Positions 22,437 through 31,339 of a stretch of DNA of 64,000 bases are shown one piece after another. The stretch is from a virus (taxonomy: Duplodnaviria > Heunggongvirae > Uroviricota > Caudoviricetes), in the IMG/VR virus record IMGVR_UViG_3300045988_149498; one strand, given 5' to 3'. Below the pieces are notes generated by a model. That model was not told the DNA's origin and ran no database searches. It saw nothing but the letters and a program-made list of their open reading frames with translations. The translations under genes were made by a program, and so were the position numbers. How positions within the stretch are numbered: the stretch's first letter is position 1; each line of letters begins with the position of its first letter.

Positions 22437-22445
22437 GGGGGATGC

Positions 22446-23186
22446 ATGAAAGGCGAAGTGAAAGAGCGCGGCATGATTTTCAACGATGAGATGGTCCGGG
22501 CCATCCTCGAAGGAAGGAAAACGCAGACGCGGCGGATAATGAAAAATCAGCCTGCGGAAGTTGGTCCAGAAGCACCAGTGATGGTTAGAAAAATTGGTGC
22601 AGGTTTTCAGTGGTACGGGGCTGATGGTGTAAGCAGTGTTTTCAATTGCCCCTTTGGTATCGTCGGCGATCGAATTTGGGTTCGTGAAACATGGGCGATA
22701 TTAGGCAATGAGGATGGTTGCAGTGTGGACTGGAACGACAACCTTTGTCGTGGCGATGAGAAGAACGCAGCAAGGATTTATCGGGCCAGTTGCGAGCAAA
22801 AACCTGGTGATTACGGCTTATGGTCGATACCCGATGATGCCGACTGGAAACCTCACACTGTGAATGAAAAGTTTGATGGTGGGTGGCGTCCATCAATTCA
22901 CATGCCGCGATGGGCATCACGCATTCTGTTGGAAATTACCAACGTGCGCGTTGAGCGGTTGAACGATATCAGCGAATGCGATGCAAGGGATGAGGGCGTT
23001 CAGCCTGCTGGAAGTTTGCTTCCTGATCACCCGGGAACATTCCTAACTCCCAAGGGAGATTTCGCAATGGCCAAGGTTGCGTTCCAGCGCCTGTGGGAAT
23101 CCATCTATGGTGAAGAAAGCTGGAACGCTAATCCCTGGGTGTGGGTAATCGAGTTTGAGCGTATTCAGGGGGCAACCAGTGAGTGA
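22446..23186 (+). CDS. Phage protein with conserved N-terminal MIFNDEMVRAILEGRKTQTRR motif
   Basis: ATG after AAGGGGGA; N-terminal motif common to a widespread phage protein family (recall). Confidence 0.6.
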   Translation: MKGEVKERGMIFNDEMVRAILEGRKTQTRRIMKNQPAEVGPEAPVMVRKIGAGFQWYGADGVSSVFNCPFGIVGDRIWVRETWAILGNEDGCSVDWNDNLCRGDEKNAARIYRASCEQKPGDYGLWSIPDDADWKPHTVNEKFDGGWRPSIHMPRWASRILLEITNVRVERLNDISECDARDEGVQPAGSLLPDHPGTFLTPKGDFAMAKVAFQRLWESIYGEESWNANPWVWVIEFERIQGATSE

Positions 23187-23439
23187 GTCAAAATGCCAAA
23201 TTAATGGCAACAAGATAGAACCGTGCGCGGCGTTGGCACAATCCCTGGAGCATGACGCTGAATACACGACGCGAAAAGGTCTGCTGAAATACAAAATCTA
23301 TAACCATGAATTAATTCATTCACAAGACCTGATCATGCTGCGGTCTGGTGAATTTTCTAAATCGCCTATTCGAGTTTCATTTTGCCCGTTCTGTGGTGAA
23401 AGTCTGAAAACGTGGGAAGCGGAGGCAACCAGTGAATAA
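23179..23439 (+). CDS. Small Cys-containing protein (CPFCG motif), 86 aa
   Basis: GTG within junction AGGGGGCAACCAGTGAGTGA overlapping upstream stop. Confidence 0.45.
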   Translation: MSESKCQINGNKIEPCAALAQSLEHDAEYTTRKGLLKYKIYNHELIHSQDLIMLRSGEFSKSPIRVSFCPFCGESLKTWEAEATSE

Positions 23440-24076
23440 CCGCTTTTACATGATGTGCTTGCGTGAAACTGTGGGTAATAACGCCTCATTCCATTGCCAT
23501 AACGGCAATGGTTACAGTTCTGATATCGATCGCGCTCATGTTTACACGCTGGAAGAAGCCCAAAAAGCCTGGAGTTGTGGGCGAGATATCGATCAGCCTG
23601 TTTGTGCCGATAGTGTGGATGCAATGGCTGTGTGGCACGTTGATTGCCAGTACATCCCTACAGAAAGCCTGATTGAGTCAGATTGCACTGCGTATGTGGC
23701 CTACAAAAAAGGTAGCTGGAACGGCAACGATGTTTACTGGCTTCAACACGGTGGATTGCCAACAGATGACTTCAGTAAAGCGACCATCTTTAGCGTCGCC
23801 AACAAAAACGAACCAGGAATAGTTTGGTTGCCATTTTCCATTGCTGATGCAGCAAAGCGCCGGACGTTCAATATCAATAACTTTAACCGCAGAACAATGG
23901 TTCAGGGCGCAGGTTTGGTCATGCCTGACTGGTTGAAAAAGCAAAACAGAAGAAAGAAGTCGCGAAGCGGGAAGGTGCGTTGGAATTGTCCGCATTGCGG
24001 AAAAATAACCTGGCAGTACAGCCCATATGATTTTGAAGGCTGTAGTGATTACAACTGTGAAGGATGGCGAGAATGA
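23432..24076 (+). CDS. Hypothetical protein with C-terminal CPHCG...C..C cluster, 214 aa
   Basis: GTG within junction GGAGGCAACCAGTGAATAA. Confidence 0.5.
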   Translation: MNNRFYMMCLRETVGNNASFHCHNGNGYSSDIDRAHVYTLEEAQKAWSCGRDIDQPVCADSVDAMAVWHVDCQYIPTESLIESDCTAYVAYKKGSWNGNDVYWLQHGGLPTDDFSKATIFSVANKNEPGIVWLPFSIADAAKRRTFNINNFNRRTMVQGAGLVMPDWLKKQNRRKKSRSGKVRWNCPHCGKITWQYSPYDFEGCSDYNCEGWRE

Positions 24077-24726
24077 CAATTGACTATCAGGTACTGCGTG
24101 AGGCGGCAGAAAAGGCAACACCAGACGAATGGGTCGCATTTATTTCGACGGATACTGGTACTTATGCGGTGCACACGCCCGGTGATGAACGATGTGAAGA
24201 CGTTATCAAATGGACCGGCTTTGATGGACAGAAAAATGCAGAGAACAACGCTCGTCATGTTGCCGCGTTCAACCCAAAGGTTGCACTGGAGCTGCTTGGT
24301 GAAATTAAGTGCTTGGAGGACACAAATATTGATGCCACGTGCCGAATTTCAGAGCTTGAGACTAATCTCGCTGCGCTGGTGGCAGAGAACGCTGGGCTGA
24401 AACACGCAATGGCCGTAACTCTTGAGCATGTGTCGGTCACGGATGCAGGGCAGGCCGGAGTTGCTGCAATGATTATCAACGATGCCCTGCACCACAGCGA
24501 AACTCCAGCTACCGATGCTTTCCTGTCTGAAGTGCGGGCGCAGGGGGTGGATGCTGCTATAGAAGCTGCAAAAAATCTGGTGGCCCAAGAATATGAGTAT
24601 AAGGATTTCAAAGCGGCGCAGAGTGATTGCTGTATGCACCCTGGTTCAGACCTGGTAGGGAAGGTTGAAATGACTGAGTGGTTAGTTGACTTTGCTGCCC
24701 AGCTTCGCAAAGGAGGCAACCAGTGA
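24073..24726 (+). CDS. Ead/Ea22-like protein, paralog 1
   Basis: N-terminus MTIDYQVLREAAEKA parallels paralog 2 and lambdoid Ea22-like proteins; ATGA overlap with upstream stop. Confidence 0.6.
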   Translation: MTIDYQVLREAAEKATPDEWVAFISTDTGTYAVHTPGDERCEDVIKWTGFDGQKNAENNARHVAAFNPKVALELLGEIKCLEDTNIDATCRISELETNLAALVAENAGLKHAMAVTLEHVSVTDAGQAGVAAMIINDALHHSETPATDAFLSEVRAQGVDAAIEAAKNLVAQEYEYKDFKAAQSDCCMHPGSDLVGKVEMTEWLVDFAAQLRKGGNQ

Positions 24727-25475
24727 GCGAAATTAATTACCAGGCACTGCGTGAGGCGGCGGAACGTGCAATTCCAGCAATGGAACGCCTGTTAATGTTG
24801 CCAGCTGATGATGATTTGTTAAGTGAACAGGAACTTAAAGATTACGGTGTGGATATTGATGCGCTCAACGCCTTCAAATTTCTGACCGGACCAGAAACCG
24901 TGCTGGCGCTGCTGGATGAACGGGAAAGAAACCAGCAATACATAAAACGCCGCGATCAGGAGAACGAGGATATTGCGCTAACGGTAGGGAAGCTGAGAGT
25001 TGAGCTTGAGGAAGTAAAACAACACGCTGAAGAATTATCCGAAACCAAGGCTGTTCGTAACCAATGGCGGCCAGATATTTGCCCAATAACCGGACGTGCA
25101 TTTTTCATGTGGATTGAGCATCCAACATTGGGAAATGTGCCGACATATGGTGGCCCATTAGATAGTTACACCATTCCAACAAAGGACGGTGACGGTGAGT
25201 TTTCATGTGAGCGTTACGATCATGATTTTGGCGGTTGGGTAGAAAGCGAATGTCTTGGGTTATATCTGATTGATGATAGAGAACAATGCAGGGTCTACGA
25301 ACTGGAGGAACGCGTTAAGGAACTGGATGCTCGGGAAATATCGCTCCCGGAACGTAGCAGCATGCTTCATCGAACAGATTTTCACGATGATTACCAAACG
25401 GTAATGGCATACAAAGTTTCTGAAGTCATCGCTGCAATCCGCGCCGCAGGCATTCGCATCAAAGGAGGTGAGTAA
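24723..25475 (+). CDS. Ead/Ea22-like protein, paralog 2
   Basis: GTG within junction AGGAGGCAACCAGTGAGCGAA; N-terminus SEINYQALREAAERA. Confidence 0.6.
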   Translation: MSEINYQALREAAERAIPAMERLLMLPADDDLLSEQELKDYGVDIDALNAFKFLTGPETVLALLDERERNQQYIKRRDQENEDIALTVGKLRVELEEVKQHAEELSETKAVRNQWRPDICPITGRAFFMWIEHPTLGNVPTYGGPLDSYTIPTKDGDGEFSCERYDHDFGGWVESECLGLYLIDDREQCRVYELEERVKELDAREISLPERSSMLHRTDFHDDYQTVMAYKVSEVIAAIRAAGIRIKGGE

Positions 25476-25651
25476 TGCGTGTGGCATGTATCGGCTTGTT
25501 ACCGTACCCGACTCGTTTTTGGGCTTCTGCGCTAATTGCAAAGCCGTATGTCCTGATGGCTGACAACATCATCCCGGCACCAAAGCGCCGCCATACCGGT
25601 ATTGCAGCGGCACGACGAGCAGCAAAGAGACGCAGGAGAGCAAAGCGATGA
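25475..25651 (+). CDS. 58-aa peptide with hydrophobic N-terminus and Arg/Lys-rich tail
   Basis: ATG 5 nt after AGGAGGTGAG, TAATG overlap upstream and ATGA overlap downstream; below ORF-track size cutoff. Confidence 0.4.
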   Translation: MRVACIGLLPYPTRFWASALIAKPYVLMADNIIPAPKRRHTGIAAARRAAKRRRRAKR

Positions 25652-25842
25652 AAAACCGTAAAGCAAAGATTCTGTTAGTTCGTAGAAACGCTCCTGGCGT
25701 CTGGCAGTGGGTGAGACTCAGCAACCGACGGATGGGGTTGATGAAATATTACGGGATGATGGATTGTGGTTTTTGCAAAAAGCCCAGCGCGGCGCAAAAC
25801 CGCTGGAAAAACCACTGTTATCTGCGCACTAAAGGAGAGTGA
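25648..25842 (+). CDS. Small basic Cys-containing protein, 64 aa
   Basis: Track ORF, translationally coupled on both sides. Confidence 0.4.
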   Translation: MKNRKAKILLVRRNAPGVWQWVRLSNRRMGLMKYYGMMDCGFCKKPSAAQNRWKNHCYLRTKGE

Positions 25843-25843
25843 G

Positions 25844-26359
25844 ATGGCGTTAACACACCGCGAACTCTGTCAGATTGCGTACAAGTTCCTTAAGCGCAAC
25901 GGGTTCAAGGTTTGCTTTCATGACCGCTTTATAGCTGTAACCAGCACCGGAGAACAGCCAGATGCTATGGGATTCAGAAGTTCAGCATCATGCTTGATAG
26001 AGGCGAAGTGTTCTCGTGCTGACTTGTTGGCAGATAGAAAAAAGCGTTTCCGTAAAAATCCGTCTCTTGGAATGGGCGACTGGCGATTCTTTATTAGTGA
26101 GCCGGGAATTATTTCAATTGAGGATTTACCACCTGGCTGGGGATTACTTCACGTTGTTAACGGAAGAGTACGGAAAGTACATGGGTGGCCCAAGGGTAAT
26201 TGCTGTTGGGGTAATCCTGACGATAAGCCATTTACTGGAAATAAGCAGGTTGAATGCGATTACATGTTATCTGCATTAAGGCGCATGGAGTTGAGAGGGC
26301 ACCTTAATGAAATATATGACGGTGTAATTGTTAATAAGAAAGAAGGAAACGCGGCATGA
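25844..26359 (+). CDS. PD-(D/E)xK-like nuclease-fold protein, 171 aa
   Basis: Internal ATG after AAAGGAGAG; motif DAMGF ... IEAKCSRADL. Confidence 0.5.
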   Translation: MALTHRELCQIAYKFLKRNGFKVCFHDRFIAVTSTGEQPDAMGFRSSASCLIEAKCSRADLLADRKKRFRKNPSLGMGDWRFFISEPGIISIEDLPPGWGLLHVVNGRVRKVHGWPKGNCCWGNPDDKPFTGNKQVECDYMLSALRRMELRGHLNEIYDGVIVNKKEGNAA

Positions 26360-26820
26360 TCACTATTACCAATAAGAAACAGTATCCCAGCGAGCAATAT
26401 CTTAATGAGCTGATCACCAACATAGAGTTTGCTGCAAGGGCACCAGTTGAAGTCGTGAGAGCAATGGCAGCAGAGCTACAGAAGCGGCGCGAAGCTGATA
26501 GTGCAGAACCAGTTGCTTATATTTTCAAACATCCGGCCGGGAAATTATTCTGGGCTTTAACGGATGAAAGCAATAAAGAGCAAGCGGACGTTATTCCTGT
26601 TTATGCTGCCGCGCCTGCGTCGGTTGTGCCGGATAATGCATCAGAGCCTCTTGCTTATGCTTACAAAGAGCTTACGCCTGAGATTATGCGCAACCATTTA
26701 GCTGTATTCGAGCGATATGGAATAGCCCCAAACGATAGCACTACCACAATTCAGGCACTGCGAATCGCGCTGGATGGTATAGAGCGGAGCGACGCCATGC
26801 TTCAGGGTAAAGGAGGGTGA
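26356..26820 (+). CDS. Hypothetical protein, 154 aa
   Basis: ATGA coupling to upstream gene. Confidence 0.5.
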   Translation: MITITNKKQYPSEQYLNELITNIEFAARAPVEVVRAMAAELQKRREADSAEPVAYIFKHPAGKLFWALTDESNKEQADVIPVYAAAPASVVPDNASEPLAYAYKELTPEIMRNHLAVFERYGIAPNDSTTTIQALRIALDGIERSDAMLQGKGG

Positions 26821-26821
26821 T

Positions 26822-27031
26822 ATGGCTATTGCCGCAAGTTACACAATGCATCTCTATTGTGACTGCCGCCAGTGTACGGAAGGTGTATATCCAGTGCCAG
26901 ACTTCGGTGAGTATATCGGTACGTCATGGGCTGGCTGTGCAAAAGAGGCGCGCAAGGATGGCTGGCGAATAAGCAAAGACAAAACGCGTGCTTTTGCGCC
27001 CGGGCATAAAGTTTTGAGGATTAACAAATGA
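26822..27031 (+). CDS. Small Cys-rich protein, 69 aa
   Basis: Track ORF in coupled array. Confidence 0.4.
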   Translation: MAIAASYTMHLYCDCRQCTEGVYPVPDFGEYIGTSWAGCAKEARKDGWRISKDKTRAFAPGHKVLRINK

Positions 27032-27696
27032 CCACTATTACCAAAGAGCGACTGCTGACAATCAAGCAGTGGCGCGAAACATACGGACCGGGTAGCAACG
27101 TTGTACTGCCAGCAGAAGAAGCGGAAGAACTGGCACGGATTGCACTGGCATCGCTGGAAGCAGATCCCGTTAAACGAGTTAACTCAGATCAGATGCACCG
27201 AGTCTGCTTAGAAGCTAATCGCTATTTAGATAAATATGACGCGATGGCGAAAGAGGTAAATAAGTTGCTTGGACGCATCGCCCCGCCAGCGCCGGTATTG
27301 CCTCATGAGTGGAGGCTGTCAAATGCACAGGCGTTTATCGAGCGATACTCTCCGCCTTCAGTGGAAGAAGCCGCACTATTTGCCTGGAACTCCTGCCGCG
27401 CCGCCATGCTTCATGGTGCCAAACCTGTAAGCCAGACTTACAAGTTGAACGAGCTGGCTGGCAACTATCCGGTAACTCCGGATGGTTGGATAAGCTGTAG
27501 TGAGCGAATGCCGGATAGCAAAACAGCCGTTCTTGTTGCCAGGGAGTTTGACAGGAAAGGTGACTGGCGAATGAAATGGGCGACTTACATCCCCGGGCAT
27601 CCTGACGCTAATGATGGGTGGATAATTCCTGGTGCGTCGTGGAAACCGTCACACTGGATGCCGCTACCAGAACCGCCGCAGGAGGTGAATCAATGA
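27028..27696 (+). CDS. DUF551-like phage protein, 222 aa
   Basis: C-terminal DGWI..C..MP and WKPSHWMPLPEPP pattern typical of DUF551 (recall). Confidence 0.55.
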   Translation: MTTITKERLLTIKQWRETYGPGSNVVLPAEEAEELARIALASLEADPVKRVNSDQMHRVCLEANRYLDKYDAMAKEVNKLLGRIAPPAPVLPHEWRLSNAQAFIERYSPPSVEEAALFAWNSCRAAMLHGAKPVSQTYKLNELAGNYPVTPDGWISCSERMPDSKTAVLVAREFDRKGDWRMKWATYIPGHPDANDGWIIPGASWKPSHWMPLPEPPQEVNQ

Positions 27697-27776
27697 GCTG
27701 GCCTGAAGCATTCACCACGGTAGGAATTGTGATGGCGGCAGCACTGGGTTTGTATTCAATTTGTCGCTGGTGGTAA
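27693..27776 (+). CDS. 27-aa hydrophobic peptide (MSWPEAFTTVGIVMAAALGLYSICRWW)
   Basis: ATGA overlap with upstream stop, AGGAGG 8 nt upstream; one TM helix; below ORF-track size cutoff. Confidence 0.35.
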   Translation: MSWPEAFTTVGIVMAAALGLYSICRWW

Positions 27777-27778
27777 CG

Positions 27779-28012
27779 ATGGGAAAAATAACTTTTGTAG
27801 TCGAATTTGAGGATGGTAAAGAGCCACCTGTTAGCGCCAATCTTGATGTTGCTGGTGGCAGGCTTGTTTCGGTTCTATTTGGTGACTACCGAGATGATTT
27901 CTTCCAACCAGAAGAAGTTGATGTGGTGCGAGAGGCATTAAACGAGTTAAGTGTTGATAACGATGATGCTCATGCGGAAATCATCCAAAAAATGGAACTG
28001 CTAACTCACTAA
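27779..28012 (+). CDS. Small acidic protein, 77 aa
   Basis: Internal ATG of track ORF 27761-28012 directly after peptide stop. Confidence 0.4.
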   Translation: MGKITFVVEFEDGKEPPVSANLDVAGGRLVSVLFGDYRDDFFQPEEVDVVREALNELSVDNDDAHAEIIQKMELLTH

Positions 28013-28060
28013 ATTATCAATTATGGTGCTATCACCTACGACACCGAGAGAAAATTTATA

Positions 28061-28183
28061 ATGTCAAAAGTAAATGTTTTGATTTTTTCAGTAATTGTAG
28101 GTTTTGGTTTTTCTGCTGGAGTGCATATTTATATTACGTGGGAAAAAATCATCAACTACGTATGGAGTTGTTTTATTAAGTGA
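28061..28183 (+). CDS. 40-aa hydrophobic peptide (MSKVNVLIFSVIVGFGFSAGVHIYITWEKIINYVWSCFIK)
   Basis: AT-rich islet; single TM helix; stop 7 nt before next ATG. Confidence 0.3.
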   Translation: MSKVNVLIFSVIVGFGFSAGVHIYITWEKIINYVWSCFIK

Positions 28184-28190
28184 GGTAAGT

Positions 28191-28484
28191 ATGTGGAGAG
28201 GTAATAGTCATGGCAAAAGCCAGATGATACTTACCGAATATCAGTTTGACCATAAAACCAATAAATCACGTTCAGTATATTTGCTTCGGCACAATAGCCG
28301 CGTAAGGAATACCGTGCTGGAGCAAAATCTGACTGTTGAAATGGATAATTACGGGGGCTTCAAGCCAACAATTTCGCTTGATGATTTTCCTCGTGGTTTA
28401 AGCGAAAGAGAAGCAATGCTGAAATTAGCAGAATGGCTACAAAGATTAAGCATTGCTATTGAAGATAACTGGTCTGAACCTTAA
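28191..28484 (+). CDS. Hypothetical protein, 97 aa
   Basis: Internal ATG after GAGGTAAG within track ORF 28104-28484. Confidence 0.45.
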   Translation: MWRGNSHGKSQMILTEYQFDHKTNKSRSVYLLRHNSRVRNTVLEQNLTVEMDNYGGFKPTISLDDFPRGLSEREAMLKLAEWLQRLSIAIEDNWSEP

Positions 28485-28490
28485 ATTTAT

Positions 28491-28865
28491 ATGATGACAC
28501 TAAAACATTTTCTTGACCGCCCATTATGGGCGGCAGCCGCAGGCTATGACTTTAATTATATGGATTGCATGTCTTATACCGCCAATGCATACGACCATTC
28601 CTTCAGTCTGCTGTTTAATTCTTTAAGAATATTGCCGCAAACAGAAGTTGGAGAGCTTCATTTATGGCTATTGGGCTTTATCGCGGCTGGAGTTGGTATT
28701 GCTGTATGGCCTTTTATTTTCTGGCTGGTGGCTGTTGTAGTGTGGTTTAAGTGCAAGACGTACCGGAAAAAGTATTTCTTAGGTGATGGAATGACTGATA
28801 TTGCCAAAATGAACATTGAAAAATGGACTAAGGAATGTGAAAAGAAATGGCGCAAAAAGAAATGA
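28491..28865 (+). CDS. Membrane protein with two TM helices and Lys-rich tail, 124 aa
   Basis: Track ORF; LWLLGFIAAGVGIAVWPFIFWLVAVVVWF hydrophobic core. Confidence 0.5.
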   Translation: MMTLKHFLDRPLWAAAAGYDFNYMDCMSYTANAYDHSFSLLFNSLRILPQTEVGELHLWLLGFIAAGVGIAVWPFIFWLVAVVVWFKCKTYRKKYFLGDGMTDIAKMNIEKWTKECEKKWRKKK

Positions 28866-29527
28866 CTACTCTAACGACAGCATACTTACAGCAATTGGTA
28901 TTTTTTGCAGGCGAGGCTACTTGTCATCCTGACGCAAACTATTTATTGGAATTTGAGAGGTTAGCGTCACCCGGTATCGTTCTGGAACTGGCCCAACAGG
29001 TGCTGGCCTTGAGACAAAAAGAGCAACATGAAAGTAATACGTGTAGATTGAATTTTGAGCAGTGGCTGGAACAGCAACGCGGAAAAATCGATGTGGACTG
29101 TGGTTGTGTGTCTACTGAAACATTCATGCACTGGCTGCGGGTAGCTTACGAGGCTGGCAACTATCCGGATATTCCTGATAGTTCGGTGCCAGGGCCAGGA
29201 AAGGGCATCACCGGTGAACGTATCCGCATTAAACCGCATGTTTATCGCGAACTGGTTAACCGTCTCCACGATACAGCGATCAAGTGTGCGGGCACCCAGC
29301 AATTACGAGAAAGAATTAGCCGTGTTTTGGGCGACGTTATTACGCCAGATCATCATAAACAAGCCGAGAAAAGTGGCTTGGAAAGGTGTCACCTTGAGGC
29401 GGCATTAAACATTAAGCCGGGGCATACGCTTGGCATTATTGATGCACTATTGGTTCATAAGATGGCCAGGGCTTTATTGCCGCTGGTGGCTGAAAAGCAT
29501 GAGGCGGACCATGCCAACGAAAGCTGA
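28847..29527 (+). CDS. Hypothetical protein, 226 aa
   Basis: Track ORF overlapping neighbours at both ends. Confidence 0.5.
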   Translation: MAQKEMTTLTTAYLQQLVFFAGEATCHPDANYLLEFERLASPGIVLELAQQVLALRQKEQHESNTCRLNFEQWLEQQRGKIDVDCGCVSTETFMHWLRVAYEAGNYPDIPDSSVPGPGKGITGERIRIKPHVYRELVNRLHDTAIKCAGTQQLRERISRVLGDVITPDHHKQAEKSGLERCHLEAALNIKPGHTLGIIDALLVHKMARALLPLVAEKHEADHANES

Positions 29528-29795
29528 GTTACAGGCGCGCATAGAGATTCTTGAAAAAGAGAATGCGAGTCTAAAAGGAATGCTGGCGCGGGCGGAAAGG
29601 GAATTATCAGGCAAATTATTGCCAGAAGAGCTGCCACCAGCAGATATACCTGATCGAGTGTCCTGGTGGATGAAGTATTTCCGTGCACCGTGGGAGGCGT
29701 TTTGGTGCTACGACCATCGCAGATGGTGTGATGAGCTTGATAGCAGTTTCCCCTATTTTGCGGAAGGGAACTCTTGCCCTGAATGTAGGAGTTAA
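29511..29795 (+). CDS. Small coiled-coil/Cys-containing protein, 94 aa
   Basis: Internal ATG after GAGGCGGA in track ORF 29430-29795. Confidence 0.45.
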   Translation: MPTKAELQARIEILEKENASLKGMLARAERELSGKLLPEELPPADIPDRVSWWMKYFRAPWEAFWCYDHRRWCDELDSSFPYFAEGNSCPECRS

Positions 29796-30027
29796 TGATG
29801 ACCGGCGAGCTTTATTTTAAAATGTTTCTCGTTAGGAGTGCAGTCAAAATTTTTGGGCAATACAGGATCGAGAGGAATGCGATTAGGCATAGCTAATTCC
29901 TTATTAACTGATTGGCAACGAGGTTACGCTGATCCGTTGGTGATGAATAGTAGCAAAGCGCACAAAATCATCTGCGGTGGTTGATGTACATAACGCGTTT
30001 GCACCAAAGGTGTCTCTTTAATGTATA

Positions 30028-30043
30028 CTGTATAAATGAACAG
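30028..30043. promoter_or_regulatory. LexA (SOS) box CTGTATAAATGAACAG
   Basis: CTGT-N8-ACAG palindrome 22 nt upstream of humD start. Confidence 0.8.
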
Positions 30044-30064
30044 TATTGTTGAGGTGAAAACGCT

Positions 30065-30454
30065 ATGGGCTTCCCTTCTCCTGCGGCGGATTATGTTGAA
30101 AGCAGAATTTCTCTTGATCAGCAACTAATCAGGCATCCATCAGCGACATACTTCATGCGGGCGGCAGACAGCCATCACCGTGAGGGAATATTGCAGGGTG
30201 CTTTTCTGGTGGTTGATTCTTCGCTTACTCCAGTTGATGGTTCGCTGCTTGTCTGCGCTATGGAGGGTGAATATCGCATAAAGAGATACCGAAAGTATCC
30301 GCGCCAGCACCTGGAGGATTTAAGCACCGGGAAGAAAGAGGCGTTACCAGTAGATGACGATGGATGCACGGGCAGTAATGCTGTTTTTGGTGTGATCACT
30401 CATGTCATCAATGATGCCCGAAGTGGGGAGTTTGATGATTGTCCGGTTATTTAA
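30065..30454 (+). CDS. humD: UmuD-like S24 peptidase (translesion synthesis accessory)
   Basis: LexA/UmuD-type protein (recall of P1 HumD); preceded by SOS box. Confidence 0.85.
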   Translation: MGFPSPAADYVESRISLDQQLIRHPSATYFMRAADSHHREGILQGAFLVVDSSLTPVDGSLLVCAMEGEYRIKRYRKYPRQHLEDLSTGKKEALPVDDDGCTGSNAVFGVITHVINDARSGEFDDCPVI

Positions 30455-30495
30455 GCTGCAAAGAGCTGGTGCTTTATGCCTGTGAGGTTTATAAT

Positions 30496-30520
30496 TGTGT
30501 ACACATAACGAGTACACGAG
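30496..30520. promoter_or_regulatory. phd-doc operator/promoter region with GTGTACAC palindromes
   Basis: TGTGTACACA and GAGTACACGAG directly upstream of phd start. Confidence 0.55.
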
Positions 30521-30526
30521 GTGTTT

Positions 30527-30748
30527 ATGCAATCCATTAACTTCCGTACCGCGCGCGGCAACCTTTCTGAAGTGCTCAACAATGTTGAAGCCGGGGAAGA
30601 GGTTGAAATCACCCGCAGAGGCCGTGAGCCAGCAGTAATTGTCAGTAAGGCTACTTTCGAAGCCTACAAAAAAGCGGCGCTGGATGCTGAATTTGCATCC
30701 CTGTTTGACACCCTGGACTCCACCAACAAGGAACTGGTTAACCGATAA
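30527..30748 (+). CDS. phd: Antitoxin Phd
   Basis: [39 protein letters not shown]... recognised as P1 Phd (73 aa). Confidence 0.95.
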   Translation: MQSINFRTARGNLSEVLNNVEAGEEVEITRRGREPAVIVSKATFEAYKKAALDAEFASLFDTLDSTNKELVNR

Positions 30749-31128
30749 TGAGGCATATATCACCGGAAGAACTTATTGCGCTTCATGATGCGAATATAAA
30801 CCGCTACGGCGGCCTGCCGGGAATGTCAGATCCGGGTAGGGCAGAGGCCATTATCGGGAGAGTTCAGGCCAGAGTTGCCTACGAAGAGATCACCGACCTT
30901 TTCGAAGTCTCCGCCACCTACCTGGTGGCTACAGCGAGAGGGCATATATTCAATGATGCCAATAAGCGTACCGCGCTAAACAGTGCGCTGTTATTTCTAC
31001 GCCGTAACGGGGTGCAGGTATTTGATTCACCTGAACTGGCAGACCTTACCGTAGGGGCTGCGACCGGAGAGATATCTGTATCTTCTGTCGCCGACACGTT
31101 ACGTAGATTGTATGGTTCTGCGGAGTAG
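30748..31128 (+). CDS. doc: Toxin Doc (Fic-fold kinase)
   Basis: 126-aa ORF overlapping phd stop; [22 protein letters not shown]... and [11 protein letters not shown] Fic-like motif. Confidence 0.95.
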   Translation: MRHISPEELIALHDANINRYGGLPGMSDPGRAEAIIGRVQARVAYEEITDLFEVSATYLVATARGHIFNDANKRTALNSALLFLRRNGVQVFDSPELADLTVGAATGEISVSSVADTLRRLYGSAE

Positions 31129-31132
31129 ATTA

Positions 31133-31312
31133 ATGGCACGTAAATACAACAAATTGTCCCGTGAAGCGTTAAAGATGCTTCTTGATGGCGTGAGTCGCCG
31201 CGAGGTAAAGCAATACCTGGTTGGTAAGCAAATTGGTGCCAGGACCGCTATTGCTGTGTTATGCCGTCAGGAAATGGTTGTGCTTAAACAGAGAATGCCG
31301 GGCAGCAGATAA
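31133..31312 (+). CDS. Small basic protein downstream of doc, 59 aa
   Basis: ATG after GGAG inside track ORF 31112-31312. Confidence 0.4.
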   Translation: MARKYNKLSREALKMLLDGVSRREVKQYLVGKQIGARTAIAVLCRQEMVVLKQRMPGSR

Positions 31313-31339
31313 AGCCCAATCAGTGATGAAAGGTGTGAT

